Assembly (NCBI GenBank): GCA_018714665.1
Contig: DVNA01000111.1
Span: forward strand, 1-60,887
DNA: 60,887 nt
Source of the DNA: Candidatus Gallibacteroides avistercoris
GTDB lineage: Bacteria > Bacteroidota > Bacteroidia > Bacteroidales > CHK158-818
Direction of reading: 5' to 3'
Shown: positions 50,126-59,448 of the stretch, one piece after another
Numbering within the stretch: the stretch's first letter is position 1
Layout: each line of letters opens with the position of its first letter
The notes under the pieces: model-generated
The model's input: only the letters and a program-made list of their open reading frames with translations
What the model was told of the DNA's origin: nothing
Database searches by the model: none
Program-made: the position numbers and the translations under genes

Positions 50126-50265
50126 TAAAAGATATGTATAAAATTTGTTATGTAGATATTTAAGAATTGTTTTCGTCCCTAAAAATGGGGTGCTTTTCTC
50201 CGGCTTCCATCACAATTTTCGGCCGAAAAACAAGTACAATCTTTTTCTACGGAAAATCTATTTTA

Positions 50266-50273
50266 TACTTTTG
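50266..50273 (+). promoter_or_regulatory. -7 box TACTTTTG for mnmD
   Basis: Exact match 24 nt upstream of ATG 50297. Confidence 0.5.
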
Positions 50274-50296
50274 CTACCGATTAGCCATACAACACG

Positions 50297-50974
50297 ATGC
50301 AAGCAGAAAAACCTGTCATTGAATTAACCGCCGACGGTTCGGCCACGCTCTTCCTGCCGGGACTGAACGAACATTACCATTCGGTAAAGGGGGCATTGGC
50401 CGAGTCTCTTCACGTCTATATCGAGTCGGCCCTGCGTCGGATAGAAAAGCCTGAAATCTCCCTGCTGGAAGTGGGCTTCGGAACGGGGCTGAATACATTC
50501 CTGAGCTGTTTGGAGGCTGCCCGCCGACACATCGCCATCCACTATACGACCCTGGAACTGTTTCCCCTCTCTTGCCAAGAGGCCGAAGCGTTGCATTATC
50601 CCGACTCGGTTTCACCCCAACACGCCGCCCTTTTCCGGGCGTTGCACACCGCCCGCTGGGATACTCCCGAGGAGATAACGCCTTACTTTACCTTGTACAA
50701 GCGGCAGGAAGACCTGACCTGCTGCACGTTCGACAGACTTTACGATGTCATCTATTTCGATGCTTTCGCCCCCGAAAAACAACCGGAGTTGTGGGAAGAG
50801 TCCATTTTCCGCAACCTGTTTGAACATACCGCGGCAGGAGGGGTCCTGACCACCTACTGTGCCAAAGGGGAGGTACGCAGGCGCCTGCAACGGGCCGGAT
50901 TTCAGGTAGAACGGCTGGCAGGTCCCCCGGGAGGGAAAAGGGAGATTCTGCGAGGGAGCAAACCCATCATTTAA
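50297..50974 (+). CDS. mnmD: tRNA (mnm5s2U34) methyltransferase MnmD-like, SAM-dependent
   Basis: 225 aa; DGSATLF...EHYHS opener and EVGFGTGLN SAM motif; the stop overlaps the convergent YqaA stop in TTAA (50971-50974). Confidence 0.7.
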   Translation: MQAEKPVIELTADGSATLFLPGLNEHYHSVKGALAESLHVYIESALRRIEKPEISLLEVGFGTGLNTFLSCLEAARRHIAIHYTTLELFPLSCQEAEALHYPDSVSPQHAALFRALHTARWDTPEEITPYFTLYKRQEDLTCCTFDRLYDVIYFDAFAPEKQPELWEESIFRNLFEHTAAGGVLTTYCAKGEVRRRLQRAGFQVERLAGPPGGKREILRGSKPII

Positions 50975-51429
50975 AAAAGAGTCAATACCCCCAGCGTGGC
51001 TTGCGTCCAGACCCAGTAACGGAGAAATTTTCCCAGGAGCATGGAGAGACCCACCCAAAAAACATTGGCCCTCATCAAGCCGAACGCCACTATAATCAGG
51101 TCTCCCACCACGGGAAGGAATACGAAAAAGGCCATCAGCGCCCCTTTCCCTTGCAGGAACCGCTGTGTTTTTTCCAGTTTCTGCCGGTCGATGTGCAGGT
51201 ATTTCTCAATCCATTCCATTTTTCCCAGGTGTCCCACGTAGTAACAGGTCATTCCGCCCAACCAGTTCCCCGCCGTTGCTACCCAGATACAACCCCACTC
51301 ATCGAACCCTGCTGCCAACAAGGCCGACATGACGATTTCCGAGCTCAACGGGATGATGCTTCCCGCCAGAAACGTAGCGATAAAAAGACCTATATAGCCC
51401 CAGTTACTAAGTTCTGAAACAAATTCCAT
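50971..51429 (-). CDS. YqaA/DedA-type small membrane protein
   Basis: Start trimmed to ATG 51429 (MEFVSELSNWGYIGLFIATFLAGSIIPLSSE...), matching family N-termini; the longer track ORF would run 190 nt into the upstream gene. Confidence 0.7.
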   Translation of the reverse strand: MEFVSELSNWGYIGLFIATFLAGSIIPLSSEIVMSALLAAGFDEWGCIWVATAGNWLGGMTCYYVGHLGKMEWIEKYLHIDRQKLEKTQRFLQGKGALMAFFVFLPVVGDLIIVAFGLMRANVFWVGLSMLLGKFLRYWVWTQATLGVLTLF

Positions 51430-52400
51430 AAGAAAAACAGGATAAAAACAGTGATAATCAAGTAGAACCAAAACACCCCCTGCCGGCCCTGAACGTGAGT
51501 AAAACAGTGGGCGGCCTGCAACGACACGCAGACTGTCAGGATGGGCAAATAGACCGGAAATCCCCTGGAATTCAGACAAATCAGCACCAATGTATAGAAA
51601 AACAACAGATTGATCATCCCGTTATAAATGCGGGTAATGATTTTATCTTCGTATTGCAGCACCGTATTTCTTGCCCAACAGAAAAAACCGATCAGCGCAA
51701 TCACTGCCGTATAGACCAGCGGGAAGGAGAGATGCCGGTAGTCTATCAGCTGCAACGGGTAGAAATGGTCCACGAAGTGCTGAAAACAGAAAGAGAAATC
51801 CCAGATCACCTGAGCTGCTCCCAACAACCAGAACGGGGTAATAATACCCAACAACGAGGCCAGCAGGCATTTGAACCCGAAAGAGGCCATCTTGGCCGAC
51901 CCCAGCCAAATAACCGGTATATACAAAAACAGCGAGGGATACAACACCCCTGCCGCCGAAAAAAGGAACGAAACCACATAGAGGTGCAACGGCAACCGAA
52001 ACTCGGTGGAGGGGGAAAACAGTATCAAGAAAACAACCGCCAGGATAACAGCCATAAAGGTCCCGCTCAACGGTTCCAGAAAGCAGGCCGGATAGCTGCA
52101 ACAGAACAGGACAAAAAAGATACCGGGCAATTTGCTTCGGGTACGGATAACATTACGCGAGTAGGCCATATACGAGAGCGCAAGTGCCGAAAAGGCAATC
52201 TCCACAAAATGCACCCCGTATGCCACCATCCGTTCTATCGAGAGCCACTCCGGTGCCTGGCATATCAACGCATCGAGCGTACGGAAGGGTTGCTCCCCCC
52301 CTCCCAGATAAGCAGCCACCACGGCAACGCCGGCCACCAGGATGGCCACCGATTGTGAATAGATACCGGATACGATATGCGATAAAGGTGTCTCTCTCAT
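51390..52400 (-). CDS. Hypothetical polytopic membrane protein
   Basis: 336 aa; about 8-9 hydrophobic helices; no motif I recognise; ATG start; lies downstream of the purD terminator. Confidence 0.55.
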   Translation of the reverse strand: MRETPLSHIVSGIYSQSVAILVAGVAVVAAYLGGGEQPFRTLDALICQAPEWLSIERMVAYGVHFVEIAFSALALSYMAYSRNVIRTRSKLPGIFFVLFCCSYPACFLEPLSGTFMAVILAVVFLILFSPSTEFRLPLHLYVVSFLFSAAGVLYPSLFLYIPVIWLGSAKMASFGFKCLLASLLGIITPFWLLGAAQVIWDFSFCFQHFVDHFYPLQLIDYRHLSFPLVYTAVIALIGFFCWARNTVLQYEDKIITRIYNGMINLLFFYTLVLICLNSRGFPVYLPILTVCVSLQAAHCFTHVQGRQGVFWFYLIITVFILFFLWNLFQNLVTGAI

Positions 52401-52445
52401 TTTCTTTCAAACATCTATCCGCCCCGCCTGCCCAACGGACAGGAC

Positions 52446-52474
52446 AAAAAAGGGGGAGATTTACAGTTTCCCCC
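52446..52474 (-). terminator. Intrinsic terminator after purD
   Basis: Minus strand GGGGGA-(11-nt loop)-TCCCCC followed by T6. Confidence 0.65.
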
Positions 52475-52505
52475 TCCTTAATAATTATATTATATCTAAC
52501 TCTTC

Positions 52506-53774
52506 TTACAAATCAAACCCTATGTCCGAACGGAAATATTTCCCTTCAAACGCAATACGGCGGGCGTTTGCAAACGAAACGGCAAGGGCCTCGTCCTTAT
52601 CCTTCCCGTACGAACTGACCGCCATGACACGCCCCCCGTCGGTCAAGACCGCATCGCCCGATTTTTTCGTCCCGGCATGGAACACGATGCTGTCCGAAAT
52701 ACAGTCGTGTCCGCTGATGGGCTTTCCCTTCTCGTATGCCTGGGGATAACCTGCGGAGACCAACATCACGGTAACGGCAGCCCTCGGATCTATCTCCAAC
52801 CGTTTTTCGTGCAACGTACCGGCGGCCACCCCTTCGAGCAGTTCCACCAGATCGGAGGCGATGCGCAACATCACTACTTCCGTTTCCGGATCACCCATGC
52901 GCACGTTGTACTCTATCACCATCGGTTCTCCCTTTACGTTGATCAGCCCCAGGAAGATAAATCCCTTGTAGTCAATTTGTTCAGCTTTCAGACCTTCGAT
53001 CGTAGGCTTTACAATGCGCTCTTCCACCTTCTGCATAAAGGTTTCATCGGCAAACGGGACCGGCGAAACGGCTCCCATGCCACCCGTGTTCAATCCCTTA
53101 TCGCCCTCTCCTATGCGCTTGTAGTCTTTGGCTACCGGTAGTATCTTGTACGAATTTCCATCGGTCAATACAAATACGGAACACTCTATCCCCGACAGGA
53201 ACTCTTCGATCACCACCGTCCGGCTGGCATCGCCGAAGCTGCCGTTCAGCATGTGGGAGAGCTCTCTCCGGGCCTCTTCCAGGTTATCGATAATCAACAC
53301 ACCCTTTCCGGCAGCCAACCCGTCGGCTTTCAACACATAGGGGGCCTGCAACGTTTCCAAGAAGCGGAACCCTTCGTCCAGGGTATCGACGGTAAAACTC
53401 CGGTAACGGGCCGTCGGAATCCCATGGCGCATCATAAAGGCCTTGGCAAAATCTTTACTTCCCTCCAAACGGGCTCCCGCTTTCGAAGGGCCTATCACCG
53501 GGATATGCTGCAAAGCGGCATCCGCCTTGAAATAGTCGTATATCCCCTTTACCAGCGGGTCTTCGGGCCCTACCACCACCATATCGATTTGATGACGGAG
53601 AGCAAAATCCCCGATTGCCGCAAAATCGGTTGCCCGGATGGCGACATTCTCACCGATTGAGTCTGTCCCTGCATTTCCGGGGGCAATAAAGAGCCGCTCT
53701 ACCTTGGGGCTCTGTTTTATTTTCCATGCCAGTGCGCTCTCCCGACCGCCTGAGCCTAACAACAATACATTCAT
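52506..53774 (-). CDS. purD: Phosphoribosylamine-glycine ligase
   Basis: 422 aa; ATP-grasp fold; [12 protein letters not shown] opener and GPEDPL motif. Confidence 0.93.
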   Translation of the reverse strand: MNVLLLGSGGRESALAWKIKQSPKVERLFIAPGNAGTDSIGENVAIRATDFAAIGDFALRHQIDMVVVGPEDPLVKGIYDYFKADAALQHIPVIGPSKAGARLEGSKDFAKAFMMRHGIPTARYRSFTVDTLDEGFRFLETLQAPYVLKADGLAAGKGVLIIDNLEEARRELSHMLNGSFGDASRTVVIEEFLSGIECSVFVLTDGNSYKILPVAKDYKRIGEGDKGLNTGGMGAVSPVPFADETFMQKVEERIVKPTIEGLKAEQIDYKGFIFLGLINVKGEPMVIEYNVRMGDPETEVVMLRIASDLVELLEGVAAGTLHEKRLEIDPRAAVTVMLVSAGYPQAYEKGKPISGHDCISDSIVFHAGTKKSGDAVLTDGGRVMAVSSYGKDKDEALAVSFANARRIAFEGKYFRSDIGFDL

Positions 53775-53783
53775 ATCTGGTCT

Positions 53784-55958
53784 TTATTTTAAATAATCAT
53801 CGAAATAACGGGTAATCTTTTCCTGCAAATGTACCCGGTCCCGTCCTGCCACGTTGTGCACATGGCCCGGATAGACGAAATAATCGGGATAAGTACCCGC
53901 CTCCACGCACTTTTTGAGGAAGCTCAAACTGTGCTGCCATACTACCACGGGGTCAATATCGCCGTGTATGAGCAAAAGGTGCCCTTTCAGGTTCCCAGCC
54001 TTGTTATTCAGGTTCGAGGCTTCGTACCCCTCCTTGTTGTCCTTGGGATGCCCCATGTAGCGTTCGCCGTACATCACCTCGTAATACTTCCAGTCTATCA
54101 CCGGACCACCGGCCACACCCACCTTGTAGGTTTCCGGATAGGTAAGCATCAGGTTCGTGGTCATGAATCCACCGAAACTCCATCCGCAAACGCCGATGCG
54201 GTCGGCATCGACATAGGGAAGGCTTTTCAGGAAGGCGATACCCTGCATCTGGTCTTTCCCCTCTTCCTGTCCCAAGTGCAGGTAGGTGGCATTTTCAAAA
54301 TCGAGACCCCGGTTGTCCGATCCCCGGTTATCTACCGTAAACAGGATATATCCCCGTTGTGCCATATAGGTATCCCACCCGCCGGCAGCCCAGCGGTACG
54401 AATCGGTAATCATCTGGGCATGAGGGCCTCCGTAAACATAAACCACTACGGGATACTTTTTGGACGGGTCAAAATCTGCCGGTTTGACCATCCGGTAATA
54501 GAGTTCGGTCTTTCCGTCGGCAGCCAGAATCGTCCCGACTTCTACCGGCGGCATCCGGTATCCTTTATAGGGATCGGAGGCCGTCAAGAGCCGTTCGCTC
54601 GTTCCCTTTTTAATGGAAATCAAATCGATGTTACGCGGCGTATCGTGGTTGCTGTATGTATCGAGAGCAAAGTCGCCCGAGCGGTTGATACGGGTACTGT
54701 GCACGCCGTTATCGGCGGTCAGGCGTATCGTTTTTCCGTTCTTCATATCCAGCCGGAAGGTGTTCCGCTCCAACGCCGATGGCTGGGTAGAGACATAGAA
54801 GAGGTAGCGTCCCGTCTTGTCGAAACCCAATACCTCGGTTACCACCCACTCTCCCTGTGTCAGCTGGCGCAACAGATTCCCCTGGGTGTCGTAAAGGTAC
54901 AAATGGTTGAACCCGTCCCGTTCGCTTTGCCAGATAAACTGGTCGGGATTGTTTTTCAGGAAGAGTACCGGATGTTCAGGTTCGACGTATTTGGGATGGG
55001 TTTCGGTAAAGAGGGTCCGCACCAACGAGCCCGATTGGGCGTCGTACACGTTCAAGCGGCAACTGTCCTGATCGCGGTTGACCTCGGCGATGTAAAGCTG
55101 ACTGCCGTCGGGCGACCAGGCCAGGTTGGTGAAATAACGGTCCCGGGGTGCTCCGGTTTTCAGATAGACGCTCTTCTGGGTATCGGGATAGAAGATGCCT
55201 ACCGTTACGTGATGGCTGTTCATCCCCGCCATCGGATATTTCATGTTGTTGAGTTTTGCCTGTCGGGCCGAAATATCCACCAGGGGGTAATCGCCCACCG
55301 GCGTTTCGTCCATCCGGTAGAAAGCCAACGCATGACCCGTTGGAGACCAGAAAGTCCCTTTCGTAATGCCGAACTCGTTCCGGTGAACGGCCTGTCCGAA
55401 AGTGATGTTCTCGTCCTCATCCGAGGCAACGCAGATACGTTTATTCCCGTTCTCGGCAATATAGAGGGCTTTGCCGTTAGTCAACGCCATCCGGCGCGAT
55501 TCGGGTTGGAAATCGAACCCTCCGTCGCCGTTCTCATAGGGAATGGCAAAATCGATCGATCGGGAGGCAGTATTGTAGCGAATGTAATTTTGGTGTGCAT
55601 AAAAATCGAGTACCCCGCATTTCTCCTCTTCCAGATAGCGTGCCTGTACGCCAGGCAGGGAACTTACCGGTTTAAAGCTCCGTGCCTCCAACGCCTTGTT
55701 CAGATCGTCCAACAGGAGCAATACCCGTTTCGACTTCTTCTTGGCAGGATGGACGGCCCAGAGGGTATCGCCCCGCTGGAAGATATACTCATCGCCCATC
55801 CATTGCAACTGTTTGATGCTTTTGGGAACAAACCGGAAATAACTCTTCCCTCCGGGAATCAGGTCATCTAAGGTCAGTTGTTGAGTCTGCGATTGCAACG
55901 GCATGGTAAAAACGAATGATAGAAAAATTAACAGGATGTTGAGTGTTCGCTTTTTCAT
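53784..55958 (-). CDS. S9-family dipeptidyl-peptidase IV
   Basis: 724 aa; signal peptide, beta-propeller N-domain, catalytic GVCGWSFGGFMT serine motif, later D and H residues. Confidence 0.85.
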   Translation of the reverse strand: MKKRTLNILLIFLSFVFTMPLQSQTQQLTLDDLIPGGKSYFRFVPKSIKQLQWMGDEYIFQRGDTLWAVHPAKKKSKRVLLLLDDLNKALEARSFKPVSSLPGVQARYLEEEKCGVLDFYAHQNYIRYNTASRSIDFAIPYENGDGGFDFQPESRRMALTNGKALYIAENGNKRICVASDEDENITFGQAVHRNEFGITKGTFWSPTGHALAFYRMDETPVGDYPLVDISARQAKLNNMKYPMAGMNSHHVTVGIFYPDTQKSVYLKTGAPRDRYFTNLAWSPDGSQLYIAEVNRDQDSCRLNVYDAQSGSLVRTLFTETHPKYVEPEHPVLFLKNNPDQFIWQSERDGFNHLYLYDTQGNLLRQLTQGEWVVTEVLGFDKTGRYLFYVSTQPSALERNTFRLDMKNGKTIRLTADNGVHSTRINRSGDFALDTYSNHDTPRNIDLISIKKGTSERLLTASDPYKGYRMPPVEVGTILAADGKTELYYRMVKPADFDPSKKYPVVVYVYGGPHAQMITDSYRWAAGGWDTYMAQRGYILFTVDNRGSDNRGLDFENATYLHLGQEEGKDQMQGIAFLKSLPYVDADRIGVCGWSFGGFMTTNLMLTYPETYKVGVAGGPVIDWKYYEVMYGERYMGHPKDNKEGYEASNLNNKAGNLKGHLLLIHGDIDPVVVWQHSLSFLKKCVEAGTYPDYFVYPGHVHNVAGRDRVHLQEKITRYFDDYLK

Positions 55959-55965
55959 ATTCAGG

Positions 55966-57660
55966 TTACTTTTTATCTGATTCTTTATCTTTGGCAGTTA
56001 TCCGTTCCCGTTTCCCTTCGTCCCTTTTTTCGAAAACCTGTGCACTGGGAGGCAAAGAGGGTTGTTTAAATGCAATGAATTTCTCGGACTTATCGAAGTG
56101 GCGAAAAGCCTTGGGCAACTCCTCATCGTACTCCGAAGTGTTTTTTTTAGCCTTTTCCGGGAACTCCTTTTTCCGCTCCTTGGAGGCTTTTTCATGCTGC
56201 GGGAAAGGACGGCTCTCTCTTTTCCACTCCCCTTTGGGGGTAACCGGGTTATCCCAGCGGTTGTTACGGCGGCCCGACACTCCCGTTGTCCGTTGAGAAG
56301 TGTCTGCCTCTGCGGATTTCCGGTTACGAAGCGACGCTGCGCCTCCCCTGCGGTCGGCATCGGGTTTTACCTTGCCGAACCGGCCTCCCGACTCGCGAAA
56401 CAGTTCGTCATCGCGCTTTCTGAACCCGCGTACCGGTTTGGCCAGCTCCCGTTTCTTGAATTCAGGGAGAGCCTCTTTCCGTCCTTTCTCGCGGAACCCG
56501 CCCGATTCTGTTTTAAAATCCTTGTATTTCCCGTCGAAAATCTCGTATTTCCGGAATTCACATTCCAACGCACCGTTCATCAGCATGATGCGGGCAGCCG
56601 GTTTCAACCCGATTTTATCGAAACATTCGTCGTGGTAGGAGATAATCCAGGCATCGTATCCCTTGAACACGTGTTTGAGCCGTTCGCCAATCATCTGGTA
56701 CAGGCCGAAGAGATCCGGAGAGGAGATTCTCTCGCCATAAGGCGGGTTGGTCACCAGAATTCCCTTTTCGGGAGCCTGTTCGTATTTCTGGAAAGGCAAC
56801 ACGCTCAACTCCACATAGCGGGCCACACCGGCACTCTTTACGTTGTCGCGCGCCATCTGAACCGCCCGGGGAGAGATGTCCGATCCGTATATCTTATAAG
56901 CAAATTCCCGTTCCTGCGAATCGTCGTTGAAAATCGATTCAAACAGCTCCTCGTCAAAGTCTTTCCACTTTTCAAAGGCAAAACTCTGTCGATAGACTCC
57001 CGGGGCAATGTTGCAGGCTATCAACGCCGCCTCTACCAACAGCGTTCCCGAACCGCACATGGGGTCTATGAAGTTGGATTCTCCCCTCCACCCGGTTTTC
57101 AGGATCATCCCGGCAGCCAGCACCTCGTTCAAGGGAGCTTCGTTTTGGGCAACGCGGTAACCGCGCTTGTGCAGGGACTCGCCCGAACTGTCCAGCGAAA
57201 GGGTACACCGGTTCTGAGCAATATGGAGATTGAGGATGATGTCGGCATTGTTCAGGCGCACGGACGGTCGCTTCCCGTATTTTTCATTGAAATAATCGGC
57301 AATGGCATCCTTCACCCGGTAGGTAACGAACTTGGAGTGTTTGAACTCTTCGGAATAGACAACCGAGTCGATGCTGAATGTCTGGTCCGGTGTCAGGATT
57401 TTTTCCCATTGTACCTCCTTGATACGGTCATACACCTCGTCCGTATTGAGCGCGGTAAACGTATAGATGGGTTTCAGAATCCGCAAAGCGGTACGGCAAC
57501 ACAGATTGGCTTTGTAGAGCAACGCCTGATCTCCGGTAAAAGAGACCATGCGCCGACCGATTTCGATGTTCTCGGCTCCCAGTTGCAACAACTCTCCGGC
57601 CAGGACATCCTCCAACTCCTGAAATGTTTTGGCTATGATTTCAAATTTGTCGGTTTTCAC
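55966..57660 (-). CDS. THUMP-domain class I SAM-dependent RNA methyltransferase (RlmL/YpsC-like) with a long charged C-terminal tail
   Basis: 564 aa. GTG start (an in-frame stop lies 2 codons upstream, next Met is residue 38). DPMCGSGT motif I and NPPYGER motif IV. Residues 381-564 are K/R/E/D-rich low complexity. Confidence 0.85.
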   Translation of the reverse strand: MKTDKFEIIAKTFQELEDVLAGELLQLGAENIEIGRRMVSFTGDQALLYKANLCCRTALRILKPIYTFTALNTDEVYDRIKEVQWEKILTPDQTFSIDSVVYSEEFKHSKFVTYRVKDAIADYFNEKYGKRPSVRLNNADIILNLHIAQNRCTLSLDSSGESLHKRGYRVAQNEAPLNEVLAAGMILKTGWRGESNFIDPMCGSGTLLVEAALIACNIAPGVYRQSFAFEKWKDFDEELFESIFNDDSQEREFAYKIYGSDISPRAVQMARDNVKSAGVARYVELSVLPFQKYEQAPEKGILVTNPPYGERISSPDLFGLYQMIGERLKHVFKGYDAWIISYHDECFDKIGLKPAARIMLMNGALECEFRKYEIFDGKYKDFKTESGGFREKGRKEALPEFKKRELAKPVRGFRKRDDELFRESGGRFGKVKPDADRRGGAASLRNRKSAEADTSQRTTGVSGRRNNRWDNPVTPKGEWKRESRPFPQHEKASKERKKEFPEKAKKNTSEYDEELPKAFRHFDKSEKFIAFKQPSLPPSAQVFEKRDEGKRERITAKDKESDKK

Positions 57661-57713
57661 GTTCTATGTATGGTATGTGTTGGTTCATTTTAATCCAAAA
57701 TCGTCAAACCGGC

Positions 57714-58613
57714 TTACCGGCTGGCTTTTGTCTGTACTACCCGGGCTCCGGGTTCCACATCTTCGGTAACCCAGATATTCCCCCCCACGGTGGCATCTGC
57801 CCCGATGGTTATCCGACCCAGGATGGTGGCATTGGAGTAGATAATCACATTATCGCCGATAATGGGATGGCGCGGAATTCCCTTGATCGGATTTCCGTTC
57901 TCGTCCAGCGGGAAGCTCTTGGCTCCCAACGTAACCCCCTGGTAAATTTTGACATGATTGCCGATAATGGCCGTGGCACCAATCACCACCCCCGTACCGT
58001 GGTCTATGGTAAAATAGGAGCCGATGGTAGCCGCCGGATGGATATCGATACCCGTTTCAGAATGAGCCATCTCCGAAATCATGCGCGGAATCAACGGGAC
58101 GCCCAACTCGATCAAACTATGGGCAATCCGGTAATTGCTAATGGCACGGATGGCCGGATAACAGGCAATTACCTCACCAAAACTCTCGGCTGCCGGATCA
58201 CCGTTATAGGCGGCCTCCACGTCGGTAGCCAATATTTTCCGCAACTGGGGAAGCGACTCGATAAAGGCAACAGCCTTTTCCATGGACGTTTTCCGAAGCT
58301 CGTCCAGGTTGATCTCGCGAGTATGATCGCACGTAAAGCACAATCCGGCCAGAATCTGTTCGGAGAGTAAACCGATCAACCTCTCTATGTTGACACCCAC
58401 ATGATACCCGATCGTACCGCTATGTACATTGGCCCGTCCGAAAAAACCGGGGAAAATAAGCGAGCGGCATAATTCGACAATCTCATGCAGAACCTTTTCC
58501 GAGGGGAAAGGTTCACCATCATGATGCTGGTAGCAAATGGTTTTAAACGAATTGTAATCGGAGAGTTGTTCCACCGTCCGTTCTATCGCTTCGGCATAGT
58601 TGCATGAATACAT
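57714..58613 (-). CDS. cysE: Serine O-acetyltransferase (long form)
   Basis: 299 aa; helical N-domain plus left-handed beta-helix hexapeptide repeats (GTGVVIGATAIIGNHVKIYQGVTLG). Confidence 0.85.
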   Translation of the reverse strand: MYSCNYAEAIERTVEQLSDYNSFKTICYQHHDGEPFPSEKVLHEIVELCRSLIFPGFFGRANVHSGTIGYHVGVNIERLIGLLSEQILAGLCFTCDHTREINLDELRKTSMEKAVAFIESLPQLRKILATDVEAAYNGDPAAESFGEVIACYPAIRAISNYRIAHSLIELGVPLIPRMISEMAHSETGIDIHPAATIGSYFTIDHGTGVVIGATAIIGNHVKIYQGVTLGAKSFPLDENGNPIKGIPRHPIIGDNVIIYSNATILGRITIGADATVGGNIWVTEDVEPGARVVQTKASR

Positions 58614-58655
58614 AGTTGAGCTGTTTTCGTTGCTTTACACAATTTCCCAATTTTG

Positions 58656-58663
58656 CAAAGGTA
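58656..58663 (-). promoter_or_regulatory. -7 box TACCTTTG for cysE
   Basis: Exact match 43 nt upstream of ATG 58613. Confidence 0.45.
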
Positions 58664-58728
58664 AACATTCTCGCCGAATATCGGGCGGAAAAAGCACGCT
58701 TTCTCTTTAATTTAAAAAAGAAAAACTA

Positions 58729-59379
58729 CTACTTTGACATTTCCTTTGAAATACTCTCCCGCAATACGATAACCGATTCGGGGCCCATATTAAACAGCAA
58801 ATCGAGGATACTCATATCCGCCACGAAACCAAATTTCTGAGAAAACACCTGATAATAAGGTGCCGGATGAAAACCCAACCGGGTATCGTCCCCCTTGCGT
58901 TTGGGGTGAATGGCCTCCCGCAAATCTTCCTCCTGCGGCAAGGTCTCCCGCCGATAAGAGTCGGTATATGCCATATGGGGACGAATGTCGAGCAATCCGC
59001 AAACGGTTTCGCGCAACTGTTCGTTAAAATCGAACAAAAAGGTAGGGACTTTTTCAAAAAAGGGGGCAAAATCGTCCTGATAATATTCAAAATAGGGAGT
59101 GGAGTTATATGCCGACACAATGGCGTTCCAATGCAAGTGCCGCCAATTTCCATGATCGGAGACACGGATATCGCACACGGGCGTATCGGGAGAATCGGGT
59201 TTGACAATCGGCACAGAAAGGGGTAACACCCCGTTGGCTCCCACAATATGGCAGCGGTTACGGTAGGACTGTTTCTGATAATGTTCATACCGCTCCACAC
59301 AAACCTGACCAAAGCGCAAGAACTGAACATAATACGATACCGGAGCCAAATAGGCTGTCGAAAGAAAAACCCGTTCCAT
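58729..59379 (-). CDS. WbqC-family protein
   Basis: 216 aa; YLAPVSYY...YEHYQKQSYRNRC pattern typical of WbqC-like proteins; sits downstream of lepB, as I recall for Bacteroidetes. Confidence 0.7.
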   Translation of the reverse strand: MERVFLSTAYLAPVSYYVQFLRFGQVCVERYEHYQKQSYRNRCHIVGANGVLPLSVPIVKPDSPDTPVCDIRVSDHGNWRHLHWNAIVSAYNSTPYFEYYQDDFAPFFEKVPTFLFDFNEQLRETVCGLLDIRPHMAYTDSYRRETLPQEEDLREAIHPKRKGDDTRLGFHPAPYYQVFSQKFGFVADMSILDLLFNMGPESVIVLRESISKEMSK

Positions 59380-59397
59380 ATAAAATAAGAGATGAAA

Positions 59398-59430
59398 GTA
59401 AAAACCCTTTGTCGAACAAAGGGTTTTTAC
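59398..59430 (-). terminator. Intrinsic terminator after lepB
   Basis: GTAAAAACCCTTTG-TTCGA-CAAAGGGTTTTTAC on the minus strand, followed by TTTC; 19 nt after the lepB stop. Confidence 0.75.
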
Positions 59431-59448
59431 TTTCTATTTTTATTCCCA

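Noticed and set aside
53829-55871. 680-codon ORF on the plus strand
   Set aside because: It is exactly codon-aligned antisense to the DPP-IV gene (55958-53831 = 2127 = 3x709). The translation is low-complexity (V/G/R/H-rich) with no recognisable motifs. It is a shadow ORF caused by TTA/CTA/TCA avoidance.
56062-57693. 543-codon plus-strand ORF
   Set aside because: It is codon-aligned antisense to the THUMP methyltransferase, which has clear SAM and NPPY motifs. The antisense translation has no motifs.
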